From positions 1-64,000 of IMG/VR virus record IMGVR_UViG_3300046474_000239: 64,000 nt of DNA, one strand, 5' to 3'. Below are positions 39,686 through 52,355 of the stretch, piece after piece. Numbering within the stretch: the first letter of the stretch is position 1; the number at the start of each line of letters is the position of its first letter. A model generated the notes under the pieces. The model was not told the DNA's origin and ran no database searches. It worked only from the letters and a program-made list of their open reading frames with translations. Position numbers and translations under genes: made by a program. Source of the stretch: a virus.

Positions 39686-40186
39686 ATGGCTACCACCACC
39701 CACGCACAAGCTACCAAACCAGCTAAAAAAGCAGCCGCCAAGAAAGCAGCCGCGCCTAAAACCGCAGCCGCTAAAACCGCGCCAGCCAAGAAGGCCGCCA
39801 AGAAAGCAGCCGCGCCAAAAGCGATTGTCCGCCCTACCATCGCCTACACGATCACCAATCGCCCGTCGAGCGGGGTTGTATTGTTCGCCTATACAGAGGC
39901 CGCCCTTGAGCTGCTAGGGATGCAGGAAGGCGTTGCAGTACCGGCCAGCACCATTAAAAAAGTAATGGGCGCTACAGCATTGCGCTACCACCTCGACAAA
40001 CAAACCTTTGCCCAAGATGATAGCGGCAAAGTTACTTTGACCAATGCAGGCAAAGCGTTTTTTGCAGAACGCAAAGTCAAAGCGCAAGCGGACCATGTCG
40101 AGCTGTTTAAAAACATGATGATTACCGGGACCATCGCCGGGGACCTGTACAAGAATGACGACCAAGTCGTAGCCATTAAGGCCTAA
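39686..40186 (+). CDS. Histone H1/AlgP-like basic-tail DNA-binding protein
   Basis: PAKKAAAKKAAAPK repeats plus a winged-helix-like end (VTLTNAGKAFF). Confidence 0.7.
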   Translation: MATTTHAQATKPAKKAAAKKAAAPKTAAAKTAPAKKAAKKAAAPKAIVRPTIAYTITNRPSSGVVLFAYTEAALELLGMQEGVAVPASTIKKVMGATALRYHLDKQTFAQDDSGKVTLTNAGKAFFAERKVKAQADHVELFKNMMITGTIAGDLYKNDDQVVAIKA

Positions 40187-41631
40187 CAGTAAGGACCGGG
40201 GCGGGGCGGATAACGCCCCCTCTCACACGCCAGTAAGGAGTTACATCCCATGTCATGCCTACATGTACCCGGCCTGCTCCACACCGCACAAGCGGTCCCA
40301 TTCACCTATAACGAAGCATGCGCGGCAGAGCGTAGCATCATGGGGCGTTACACACGCACCCACCTACGCGCCACCCTGCTAGCACGCAAGGCCATACGTC
40401 GCGCCCTACGCGCTGCTATAGAGGGCGGGCACTACCTGCAAGCTGTAGAGCAGGCGCACCTGCATCACATCCTAGGCGTACAGTCGGTCATGCTGATCCG
40501 TCGCCACGCACGCACAGCCAAGTAAGGGGACTGCCATGCAAACCACCACACGCGACACCATAGCGCTAGCCATGGCAGCCTTTGAACAATCGGGCGGCTC
40601 TATTACCCAATGCCCTACAGGGGAACACAGCCCTACCTATGACGCTGCATTCAAGCGCGCACTAGACCGCGCACAGTATGGATGCGCATGCGGTTGTAAG
40701 GGGGATTGGACAGAACACAGCATGCGCCTAGGCGAGCAGGGTATACGCTAACCGCGTGCAATCAATTGCACCAACTAACGGGCGGGATATGCCGCCCTTC
40801 TTATATAGGGGCTACATCATGACTATTCATATCGTTAAGCGCAGGGCTACATGCGGGAAGAGTACTAAGCGCGTACGGGGTAGAGAGTTCGCTAGCATGC
40901 GCACACACGCAAACACACAAGTAAGGCGAGTACTCATTGCATACTCCCCTTATGACAAGATGCGGGTATGTCGGGGCGGGGACTACCAGACAAGGTACGC
41001 CATATACAGAATGTCGAATAACCAACTAATGCAGTACTAAGGGGTAGACCATGACCTATGTATTCAGAAGGCTAGACGGGCGGTTAGATTACATATACCG
41101 CAAAGGCCTACCATTCAGAGAGCGCACAGCACCATCAGTAGTCCGTCGCCTTACACGCATCACCCGCCGTATGCCTATCCACTACAGAAGCATACGCGAA
41201 GCAAAGGCACGCATTGATCAGGCGTGCAATTGATTGCACGGACTCACACGCGAAACGGGCGGATAGAATACCCTATCCACCCATAGGCAATACCCATGCC
41301 AGTACACAGAAAAATCCACCATAGAAAGTTTGGTGAAACGACAATACCGTGCGCCGGACATTTTTTATGGGTACGAGTTTTGATTCCATGCTACCTAGAT
41401 TCTTCGTCTACATTGTTTATCGTGCATCCAGCAATCACTCAGGTCATGACAAGAACATGTCAGGTATTTGAGAGAGTCACGAGAGAGACAAATACAAACT
41501 CACACCTGGCGTGCAATTGATTGCATCAGCGATGTCAAATGTCGGTGGTTAAAAATCTTCGGGGTGACCAGGGTATAATGAGCGTGCAAGGGCATAACAA
41601 TGAATGCCCAAAAATCGAAGGGGTGATCGCT

Positions 41632-44600
41632 ATGTTCCAACTAACCTACTGGGCGAACGACACTATCGTCTGCAACAAAGATCGCCAGTCAGTATTGCCC
41701 GTAGTAGGCGACACCGTTTTCCTGGACGTGCCCTCTCCTGCACACTATGTCGTGACGGCGCGCTGCATTGTCTACGCCGGGCTCGTTACACGAGTGGACC
41801 TCTTCGTAACCGTCACTCAAAAATCTAGAGGTTGAACGCTATGAGCAACTTGAACAACGCGGGGCCGACGCTCTCCTACAAACAGAAACGTGAAGTCGAA
41901 CAGCTCGTGCGTGCCAAGGCTGCCGACTACTTGCGCACTATGGAAGTGCCACCTGTCTACCTGGTCGAGGCTACGAAAGCTCAGCAGGCCCTTGCACACG
42001 AGTACGCAATCGAAGTGCGCAACGACATGGCCAACGTCCTGCACATCGAAGCCACGCACCTGTAACCGTCACTCAAAAATCCAGCGGTTGAATGGAGAAT
42101 CAAATGGACACAGACAACCCAAGCGTTCGCTACCTGCACTTCATCCTCCTTGCGCGGAGCCACGGTTTGGAGAAGGACTGGCCTACTCTCATGCTGCGCA
42201 ATCACGACAAGAGCCCGAAAGACGAGTTCGCTCGGGAGGTGTTCGAGTCGTTGGTTCTCCTGGGGCACATGACGCGAGAGGAGTTCGGAGTGTCGTTCCA
42301 TGCAGGAGTTCGCTACTCCGTCACTGAGTCTGGCAAGGAGTTCTTCCTGGCCCTCGATAGCCAAAAACCTTTAGGAGGCTGACATGCACTACCCAGCGAT
42401 TGGCCCGTTCTTCGGCTACCTCTTTATGTTGTCAGCGTTGCTGTACATCGCAAAGACATCCTGGGTGATGTACAAAGGCGACTCCGGGCGGACTGGGCAC
42501 CTTGCACTGACCTGCATCAGTCTAGGTCTCCTCCTGTTCATGACTGTCGTACCTACAGTCAGCGTCATGTCTATGCCTTCAACGTATGTTCCCTATCGCG
42601 AGTTCAACCCAACTCCAGGAGTATTTTAAATGAGCCAAAACCTTTAGGAGGTTGAAATGACTACAGAGCAACGGCTGCGTGATTGCGCGACCCAAGGAGC
42701 CTGGCCTACCTGGCACGTCACGTCTCGCGAGCTGATGGAAAGTGATGCACTGCGCCTTGAGATGTTGGACCTTCAACGGCTCGGCTACATCACCTGGCAC
42801 CAGACCTCTACCATCAACCCCTTGCTCATTGTGGATGTCACACAGGCGGGTAAGGCCCACTACTTCTCACTCGTACACGGAACACAGCCATGAACCAACA
42901 AAACCACTTCGTTACCGTCATGCACAACGGCGAGATGATCTATGACATCAGCGACGTTGAGCAGGTCCCGTCCATCGGTCACCAACTCGACTTGCGCAAC
43001 AGCGATTTGCTCAACGCCATGTACACAGTAGTCGGTGTCACTTGGGATCTTGCGGCGAGGAGCGTAGAACTTGACGTAGAACTCACCGAGATGTGTACCG
43101 ACACACCTCCACTACCGTCAACAAACTTCAAGGGGTAAATCATGCCTACCCGCATCGTCACACTCTCCCAGTTGGCACTCCTACCCAAGGGCACCTTGGT
43201 TTGCCACGTCAACGCAGACAGCGACGGAGTGGCAGAGTTCGACATCCAGGGGACACTCCAGGTCGGGCCTCCTCACCACCTGACTGGGGTAGACGAGTCG
43301 TGGGTAGAACTGACGCCTGCCTTGCCTGACGTGAAGGTCGTGGACGGGCGGGTAGAGACAGGTTTCCCTCCTACAGACTACTGCCGTAACAGCAACTACC
43401 CTCATCGCTTCGTCGCGTACTCAGACATGGACCTCAGAAGGAGTAAGTCATGATCGACTACATGCTGTTCTGGTTGGCCTTGTTCATTATCCTGGCTAGC
43501 CTGATCGCCTTCGGCTTCATCTGCCTGCTAGCGTTGGGTGCCCTCGTAACGTTCAAGGATTGGCTGGCAGATGTCCGTTGCAGGCGCGCAAGGAGAAAGG
43601 CATGAGCATGTTCCACCGCTTGACCAAACTGGCCCGCCTTGTACACTGCGCGGCCAGCGGGCACCCCGGCTACGTGAAACACCCCGGCTACGACAGGCGC
43701 GTCACTGACACCGTGACGTACGAATGCACCATCTGTGGCGAGTGCACGACGATGTACGCAGTGGGAGGGGCTCATGACCGTTTCCTTGAAAAGCACAGGT
43801 CAAAAATCGAGGGGATGAGATGATAAGCCTGTTCCACATAACTGCCCGAGTTGTACGGCGCGCTGTCATGCGCATCGGTTGCGTGTTTCGCGGGCACCAC
43901 TACTACCCGTCGTTCCACCACCGGTACAAGCAGGAAGCCTGGTACTTGGCCCGTAAGGAAGAGACCTTCACCTATGAGTGTTGCGACTGCGACACACCTT
44001 TCGTAGTAAAAGGTAAGGCAGCTCACAAAGAGTTCCTTGCAGCGAAGTGCCCGAGCTGGGGCGGCCGAGGGTCAGACAGCCAGGGCTACAAATCTGACAC
44101 CGAAAATTCCGCAGGAGAATGAAGATGTATTGCACACCTCATAGCGTCATCCATATGCAGGAGCGGGAGAACGGTATCGACTCCGCCGTCCACGATCTGA
44201 TCATCCTGCACATCCGCAGCTCCCAGGTGATCGAGGGTGGCCCTCTCTACGTCGCCACGGACCTCGACGGGCTGAACAGCGTGATGGTCTGCCTGGCTTC
44301 TCACCATCGCCCAGGTAAGAACACCCTGTTCAATCGTTGCAGGCCCACACCGTCTGCGGCAGCCATTGAATGGTGCAAGTTCCAGAACGTAGAAGCCGAC
44401 TTCATCTACCACACGGGCGGATACGTCGACGGCGACAGACCGATCCCTGAGATCATCCCAAGCGGCGAACGTCGTTCCTGGGTTCCTCAATGGGAGGAGG
44501 GTCTCCCAGAGACGCGGAAGGACGTTCTCCTGGAGCTGCTGACCAAGGGCGAGGCGGTCATCACCCCCAAGTGCACTTGCGGCGAGCGCGACCACTTCGA

Positions 44601-47600
44601 GCCTCACGGCCCTAACTGCCCCACGCGCAGGTAGGCATCGGTGTCGGGTGCAAACGCGATACAACTTGTAGGACAATGCAAACACCACCTAAGCCAAACA
44701 ACCAAAAGGATCAAGATGATGAAACGCACCCGACTGAACTACCTGGACGAATGGGGCAATGTGGTCGCAGAGCTGTCCCGCGTTCGCAACGTCCCAGCCA
44801 AAGGTGACGACGTGATCATCCACACCCTGGAAGAGGAGATCCCTTGCTCCGCCTCCTACGAGGTCATGCGCCGCACCTGGAACGCTGACGGTAGCGAAGT
44901 CGACGTGGTCGTCTCCCGCCAATCCCCTCTCGTTCCTACCTCCACCGCAGTATCCGAAGGCGAGGAGTAAGCCATGGCGCGGCTCACCCGGCAGAAAAAG
45001 CACCAAATCCGTGGGGTCCTGAACAAGGCGATGGCTGCGAGGATCCGCACCACCAACGCCGCTGAAGCGCTCACCAGCAGCCCGGATATGCCCGAGGCTA
45101 CCGAGGACGAGCTGGCGTACGCCCAGAACTGGGTCAACGTCACCGCAGCAATGGTCGGCCGCGAGGCCACTGCCGAACCAGAAGGGTCCTGAATATGACT
45201 GATACCAAATACACCATCGAGCTGAAAGAGATAATCGACCTGGGCATTTACTCCCGCGCAGAACGCACCATTCACCAGCTACTCAAAGGCCGCATCCTGC
45301 TGGTCGTCCGCACCTCCGACGAGTTTGATCACGGGCGGCGGGCGGCTCCAACATACCAAGCTTTGAGCGCTGAGGTGCTCGGGCAGCCAGGCTTCCTCAG
45401 CGATGCTTGGTTCGACACCCGAGACCAGGCTATCGACAACTGGGTACGCAGCATTCATGGCGTGGGGATGGCCTGGGTGCAGACCAAGACGGTCCAGGAC
45501 GTACTCAGCCCGGATGCAATCATTCACAGCAAGGCCCTGTTCGTCTACGCCCTCCTGCTGGACACCGACCCGGACATGGTGACCAGGCTCCTGGACAACA
45601 ACGGCTACCGAACGGGTTCACTGTAGCTAGTCAAAGGGATTCGACTTTAGATACATTCAACTATGAAACTCTAAAGGAACCCTCCCATGTCCACCAACAC
45701 GTTCGCCCTGGCACTAGAGGCCTTCGCCCTCCTCTCGATGACACTGTGTTTCCTGCGGTACACGCAAGTGCCGGGAAGCTCGCATTGGACCGTCTGGGAC
45801 TTCGTCGGCGCGGTCTCTCTTGGCATGGCGATTCTCTGCCTGGCTTTGCTGGCGCTCACCGTTCTGGCGATGTTCGGGTTCATGTAAGGAGTCCCCATGG
45901 AAGAGTTTTTCAATGCCCGGCCGGGCCTCGCCATTGCCTCAGTATTGTTCTGGGGCATGGCCATTTTCGTGGTCCTGGGGATGCTCGACGGGCCTGTCCG
46001 CAGATGGCGAAGAAGTATGATGTCAAGGTTCTGGGCCTGGAACGACCGCAAGTACGGACCTAAGGGCGGCTTGACTGTTGATCCGCCACCTCCGGCCAAT
46101 ACAGTCCCGTTGATTAGGCAGCGTCCCAATATGCGGGGTCCGGGCGGCCAGGCAACCCTCCACCTACAGGATCGCCGAGTCCAAAGGGTGCCCAGGTTCT
46201 TGGGCGTCGACATCCCGCGAGGGGTCGTGATGGAGACAAACCCCGGCATGCCTAACAGATACGGGCTCAGGTTCCCCAGGGGCTTCTATTTGCCGCGAGA
46301 AGACCAGCGCCGTCTACAGACCCGAGCTGGTAACGCCTTCCACTTCGAGGTCTTCACCGACCAGCGCACCCAGAGCACCTTTATCAACGTCACCGAGCAA
46401 CTGTCTCTGGAGTTCATGGCCGACTCCCAGGAAGGGCGCGAATACCTGTCTGAAATCGTTGCCGAGGTGTGCAGCCTGTATGCGGACTGGGCCATCGGCA
46501 AGGCAAACGCCCAGGTGGCCGACAAGGTTGAGAAGGCTGAGAAGCCCGTGGTAGAGCCTTCGCGGAGTGTTCGCATGCGCCAGCGGCGGGCGGCCAGTGT
46601 AGAGAGACAGAGTAGTAACAAAAGCGATACAGTTGACCCATCAAAACAGGAGAAACCTGATGAACAATGACAGCAAACCCTTGTACCTCAGTGACGTGCA
46701 ATCAATTGCATTGGACGTTTTGCAAGCCCAAGTCGGCGCCTGGTTGCTACAGATGTGGGGTCCGCTTTCGGCGGGCGATGTGCCTGAGCGTGTTCAGCGC
46801 TTCCAGGAAGAAGCCAATGAGCTGTGCCAGGCCATGGGCCTCACCCGCAAAGAGGCGCACATGCTGGTCGAATACACCTGGGACCGCCCGGTAGGTGAGC
46901 CGCACCAGGAAGTGGGCGGAGCGATGACCACCCTTGCCGCCCTTTGCTTCGCGTCAGGCCTGGACCTGCAAGCCGCCACGGCAGCAGAGTTCAACCGCTG
47001 CAACGGCCCGGCCGTGATGCAACGCATCCGCGAGAAGCAAGCACTCAAGCCGAAAAGCAGCCCGCTCCCAGGGCCTACCGAGATCGACTGGGCGGCAGAG
47101 CGAGAGCTGTTCCACCAGCGCCACCCGATGCCTGAAGGCGTAATCCTATACAACAGCCCCAGCCTGCGTAATGCCGCGTACGGCTACGAGCACGTACGCT
47201 GTATTTCCGCAGCGATCAGCCACGACAAGCTGTGGTTCGGGTGGCGGTCCTGCGTGGAAGCTCACCAGTAATGCGCTACGTGATCTACAACAAACTCAAG
47301 CCTTGGTATTCCTGCGCCGAGGTTTGGACCCGCGACGGAACAATCACCGCCGCAACCCGCGCTTATGAGTGGGCAGTAGGAAAGGACGTTGGTTACCTGG
47401 TTGGGTGGGCCAGCGATAACGGAAGAGTCTGGATTTGCGAAGGCGCGGAGACTGCGCCGGGGGTGAACCATGAAAGACACAGCACTGCAATCACTGATGG
47501 ATCAACTAAAGGGAATTTGGGAAGGCAACGAATCGCCTACAACGCTGCATGGAAAGGAGTTGCAGCCAGGCGGGTTCCGGGCGGGGGACTTCATCCTGAT

Positions 47601-50396
47601 GGTGAGTACGCCCCAGCCAAGCGAGAGGAGCAAGACCCTCCCGCCCGCGATCATGATGCACGTAGTTAAGGGGCGCCTGGGCGGTAACGGCCAGTACCTC
47701 GTCAGGCCAGACAGACTGATCGACGCCCTGGACAGCATCGCCGGTAACCTGCCAAAAGGCTTTACGCGCATCTTCAAGGAGGGCGAGCAATGATGATCTA
47801 CCTAACTGCCTTCTGGTTAGCCGCCCTGTCGGCTTTCTTCAAGGGCTTCCAGCACAAGAACGTGCTGCACAGCATGTATTGGTGGGTCGCCGCGACCAGC
47901 GCAGCCATCGGGGTAGGTGACGCCTTCATGGTCAAGATGGTGTACGACAACCATTGGAGCCTGGGGCTCTGCACAGGGCTAGGAGCGGCCCTGGGGATGG
48001 TGGCAGCTATCTACGTCCACGGCAGATTTGTTATGCCGCGTAAGGAAGTCGTAGGCTAAGTCAAGTCTGTGTCTTAGGACAGGATCTAGCCAGGGTTATA
48101 AAATGGCCCTGTACAACGGAAAGTCAGAAGAGGTGCAACGATGCCGTATCTTCCTGCAATACTTGGATTGATTCTTTTATCCCTTCTTGCAACATGTTCG
48201 ACGGCCACACTCAACCTACCCTCTATCCAGATCACCACCCGCCAGTGGGACCATGTTTTCAACGTAGCGCTGGTCTTGGGGCTCCTTGCCCTGGCCGGAC
48301 TTGCCACTATGTTCTACCTGGACTGCATCGCGACCCCTCGCGTGTACCGATACCTCTAAGGAGACTCATGATGTACGCACTAGCCCTACTCCTGCTCAGC
48401 GCGGGCGCCGGACTCTTACCGGCCCTGATCTACGTCATCGCTCAGATGAACCGGATCCGCGCACTGTACGGCGCTCCGCGCCAGGACAACGCCCCGTACT
48501 ACAAGGCGTCGGAAAAGGCACTTCGCCGCTTCTACGTTATCTGGGTAGTCGCGACGATCCTGCTACTCCTCTGCCTGCCCAGCTCGGGCGCCTTCCCTGA
48601 TACCCGCTACTAAGGAGAGCCATCATGGAACTTTTTCAAATCTACGGAACCTGGTACTTGGGCATCGTGTTGATTGCTATGTCACTCAGCGCGAGAATCG
48701 GCAACGCCGCAGGCACACTGACCAGGCGTGGCAAGGTGCAGATCGCGGTAGGGTCATTGATCTGGCCGATCATGACCGTGGTCATAGTGGGCACGTTCGT
48801 AGTCCACCTCCTGGCATCGGTATTCGCGGGGCGGAGTGCGCCAAAGCCCAAGAAGATGGCACCGGCAGCAACGAGTGACCTAGACCCCACGAACCTCCTG
48901 ATTATGCTTGGGGTGACGAACACCAAGGATGGGGAGACCGAACTCCTGAGCCTGTACAGCGAACTGGAGAAGTCCCTCAGCACACTGCGAACTTACGCCC
49001 AGGGGGTGGCCGAGATCCGCCATGGACAGCTTGCCCTTTCGACGATTGAGGCGATCAACCGGGCGCGGCTTCAGAAGATGGAACAGAGGAAGGAGGCAGC
49101 ACGTTGAAGGTACTGGTTGAGCTTATAGACCTTTCGTTGCGGGTGGCTGGGATGCTGGCGCTGTGCGCCCTGGCCATACCCGAGAAGAACCAGACGGCAC
49201 AGACAGTTCACGCACTGGCCGTCACCCTCCTGACCTGATGCAATCAATTGCACGGAGCGAAACATGGCTAAGTTAGGGACCAAATACTTCACGCGGGGCA
49301 AGGTGATGATAGGTATCGCTGCCGAAGGCATTAACCGCCCGCTGATCCCCTTCGATCCACGGGTGGACAAGATTGACTACTGCGAACTGACCAAGAAGTG
49401 CGAGGGCATCACAGCCGTACAAGCTGAGGGCCTGTTTGCCGACCTGGAGAAACACTTCATGGGGCAGGTGGCTACCGAGTGGCTCAAGCTGCCGGGCTTC
49501 GTGGACCTGGCCGACACCCGCAAGATCCGTGTATTGAACGAGGAAGTGGCATGAGACAGTTCCAGCTCCACTACGACGTGGCGATCCTGATTTACACGCT
49601 GATCGCCGGGTACTTCATCTTCGCGGATCCGATGATCGACCGAGCCATAGCCAAGGGGTTCTTCTTCCTGGCCTTCCCGCTCATCCTGTCGATCTACGTC
49701 CGCCCCAAAAAGGAAACCGTGTGATGCAACTCCCCATCCCCAGAGAGATCAGCGTGAGCCTGGACAGCGAGGGCTTCGGTGTTCGCTTCGAGAGCTTAGA
49801 TGAAATGGCAGTCATCGCCCTTGCCAGCAACTACTCCCGCCGCAGCGGTCTGCGCCATGTGGGCTCTTGCCGCACCACCACCTGCAACATCACCCCGGAG
49901 CCAAGCAACGTCGAGGCAGACCTCGGTGTACCTTCCGCCCACTTCATGTTTTTGGTATCACATGTAAACCTGGAGTTCGCAGGCAACCGGGAGCCGGAGA
50001 CCACCACGGTCTACCGCACCCTCACGTTCAAGGCAGGAACCGAGGAGCCTCAGTGGCTCTATCACTTCACCGTAGAGTTCAAGTAAGGAGAACGACATGA
50101 CCTGGTACAAATGGATATGGTGGCGTTTCGCGTGGGGCCTGAACTGGGGCGGCGAATGCAAGGACTGTCATGGCCGCTGGAAGGCGTTCGGCTATCTGAA
50201 CATTCTGGTAGAAAGGCGTGTGTCGTACCCAGTGGGCGAGCCGAACCTCTACAAACAGGTCTACCATGAACTCCGCAATCGTGGTTTCAGCCACGATGAA
50301 TGCGTGGACATCGCCGCCGACGCCCTTGAGGCATACGGCAGTCACCGGGCGCTGTCTCACAACCAACTCAACGACATAATCGAAGAGGTTTCCTGA
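41632..50396 (+). other. Dense run of about 30 small accessory CDS, several membrane-associated (e.g. 41632-41835, 41841-42065, 42092-42382, 42384-42629, 42657-42893, 42890-43138, 43142-43453, 43820-44122, 44119-44634, 44716-44970, 44974-45192, 45195-45626, 45687-45887, 45897-46670, 47470-47793, 47790-48059, 48141-48359, 48368-48613, 48625-49107, 49264-49554, 49721-50086, 50097-50396)
   Basis: Tightly packed, translationally coupled + strand ORFs with RBSs. Confidence 0.7.
46660..47271 (+). CDS. MazG-like nucleotide pyrophosphohydrolase domain protein
   Basis: ERVQRFQEEANELCQA...GEPHQEVGG. Confidence 0.6.
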   Translation: MNNDSKPLYLSDVQSIALDVLQAQVGAWLLQMWGPLSAGDVPERVQRFQEEANELCQAMGLTRKEAHMLVEYTWDRPVGEPHQEVGGAMTTLAALCFASGLDLQAATAAEFNRCNGPAVMQRIREKQALKPKSSPLPGPTEIDWAAERELFHQRHPMPEGVILYNSPSLRNAAYGYEHVRCISAAISHDKLWFGWRSCVEAHQ

Positions 50397-50398
50397 CC

Positions 50399-51595
50399 AT
50401 GAAGATCGAGAACGGCTTGTACATGCTCCTGGGGGCTGCCTCGGTGCGCCTGCATACGGGGGTGTTGGAGAACGGGGACGGCCCGCTCCTGACCTCCTGG
50501 CTGGGCACCTGCCGTAAGGATGCGTTCGACGTGGTAGGCAACGAAGAGTGGCCTAACCAGACGCAACCCGCGATCCAGCTAGGCCTTCACGGAGAGCACG
50601 GCATCGTGACCCTCCTGCACTCCCTGGGGTTGCTCGACTCCGCCAAGTCTACCGGCCACATCTACTACGACAAGGGCCAGTGGGTCGGCTACGACGAAGC
50701 AGGGCTGGAGTACTGCCGCGACACCAACTACCTGAAAGTACGGGCGGAGATCCACGCCTACTGCGAAGTCCTGGATGTGCCGCTCGATGGTCGTATCCCA
50801 GCCTCGGGCGAGACCTGGAAGCACTCCAACGGTAACGAGTATGTGATTGACAAGCTGGCCAACCAGTACAGCGACCGTGCAGAGTACCCGCCCACCGTGG
50901 TCTACCAGGGTGCCAACGGCAAAGTCTGGAGCAAGACGCTCCTGAATTTCCTGCGGAAGATGACCTACGTCAGTAGCCCCGAGCCAGTGGCGTGTGGCCA
51001 GTTGTCGATCCCCGGCCTGGACATAGTCGGCGTGCGTAAAGGCAACACTTGGCCAGCCAACGAGGCGGAAGACAGCACCCCGCAGGCGGACATCGACCTG
51101 GAATACTCGAAAGGGAGCAAGCTCTGCGCCTCCAGCGACCGCATGTGGTACGGGGCGGTCTTGGTCAATGGCCAGACGATGGAGCACGCGGAAGAGCTGC
51201 GGGACATGGTAGTGGAAGGTCTGAAGGTCGTGACCGGCAACACCTGCGAGGAAGAAGGCTGCCCGCACTACGGCACCCCTCACGCGCACTCGAAGCCGTT
51301 GCAGCCGGTAGACCAGGATGGCGAACCATTTGCCCAGGATCAATGGTGGGTCACGGAGCTGGAGAACGTCCTTTACAGCCAGCCGGTCACCAAGGACCAG
51401 GCGCGGGCGTGCCGCGTGGCCCTGAACCTGGTGAAGTCGGTACTGCCTATCACCGTGGTCATGCCTCAGATGGATGACGAGGCTAAGCAGAAGTTCATCG
51501 AAGCATGGAGCGCAGTTGATCACAGCAGAACCAAACTGATTGGCCTGGATCCGCAGGATCACATGTACGACCGCTTCACCAAACAACCAGACTGA
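50399..51595 (+). CDS. Mosaic multidomain protein with a DUF1653-like domain
   Basis: WKHSNGNEY.I...AN......YP.TVVY....G..WS....F. Confidence 0.65.
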   Translation: MKIENGLYMLLGAASVRLHTGVLENGDGPLLTSWLGTCRKDAFDVVGNEEWPNQTQPAIQLGLHGEHGIVTLLHSLGLLDSAKSTGHIYYDKGQWVGYDEAGLEYCRDTNYLKVRAEIHAYCEVLDVPLDGRIPASGETWKHSNGNEYVIDKLANQYSDRAEYPPTVVYQGANGKVWSKTLLNFLRKMTYVSSPEPVACGQLSIPGLDIVGVRKGNTWPANEAEDSTPQADIDLEYSKGSKLCASSDRMWYGAVLVNGQTMEHAEELRDMVVEGLKVVTGNTCEEEGCPHYGTPHAHSKPLQPVDQDGEPFAQDQWWVTELENVLYSQPVTKDQARACRVALNLVKSVLPITVVMPQMDDEAKQKFIEAWSAVDHSRTKLIGLDPQDHMYDRFTKQPD

Positions 51596-51608
51596 AAAGG
51601 AATCGGCC

Positions 51609-52103
51609 ATGTCAGCCAAAATTAGTCAATGCGGAAGATACCGTTGGGTGCTGACTCGCCGTGTAACCGGGCGCATCACCTCTCACAAGATCAAGCCAGG
51701 CGTTCTGCTCTGGGTGATGCTCAACCCGTCGACCGCAGATGCGGAAGTGGACGATGCAACCATCCGCAAGATCACAGGGTTCGCCCGCTCCTGGGGCTAC
51801 CGTGAGTTCGTCGTGGTCAACCTGTATGCGTACCGTGCTACCGACCCTTCGGAGCTTCGCGATGTGCGGGATCCTGTAGGTGCGGAGAACGACGCCTGGA
51901 TCTACGCAGCCAGCGTCCGCGCCTCAATGGTCATACTCGGGTGGGGAAACGAGGCAGACCCCGCCCGTGCGAAGGCAGTGGTCGATATTCTCACCACCGA
52001 CAACCCTGTCTTGTACTGCCTGGGTGTCAACAAGAACGGCTCGCCTAAACATCCGCTGTACCTGAAGGGAACCAGCGTTCCTGAGATCTGGGAGGCAGCA
52101 TGA
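51609..52103 (+). CDS. DUF1643-family protein
   Basis: CGRYRW.L.R, MLNPSTAD...DD.TIR, VNLYAYRATDP, GWG, PKHPLY. Confidence 0.85.
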   Translation: MSAKISQCGRYRWVLTRRVTGRITSHKIKPGVLLWVMLNPSTADAEVDDATIRKITGFARSWGYREFVVVNLYAYRATDPSELRDVRDPVGAENDAWIYAASVRASMVILGWGNEADPARAKAVVDILTTDNPVLYCLGVNKNGSPKHPLYLKGTSVPEIWEAA

Positions 52104-52355
52104 ACCTCGTGCTGCTCGACACGCTGTTCGCGCTGGTCAAGATGCTGTACTTCCTCAGCGCCTGGGAGGTGGCCACGTCGTCCGTGGCCATGATCAGCAA
52201 GCGCCAGTACATCCTGCCTATCCTCGCTCTCTGCGTACTGCTCGTCCTAGACCGGTACGTCCCATAGCCGTGCAATTGATTGCACGAGCATCGGTGGTTC
52301 TGACTTCCTAAAAGCACAGCGGTATACTCCAGGCACCAACCCAGGAGTAACCGCC

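Larger units (their letters stand above)
38257..41233 (+). other. Second early cluster of small CDS with lower GC (38257-38340, 38382-38540, 38581-38799, 38857-39516, 39686-40186, 40250-40525, 40536-40751, 40818-41040, 41051-41233)
   Basis: AAGGGG/AAGGAG RBSs; leader repeat at about 38360, 38560 and 39664. Confidence 0.65.
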
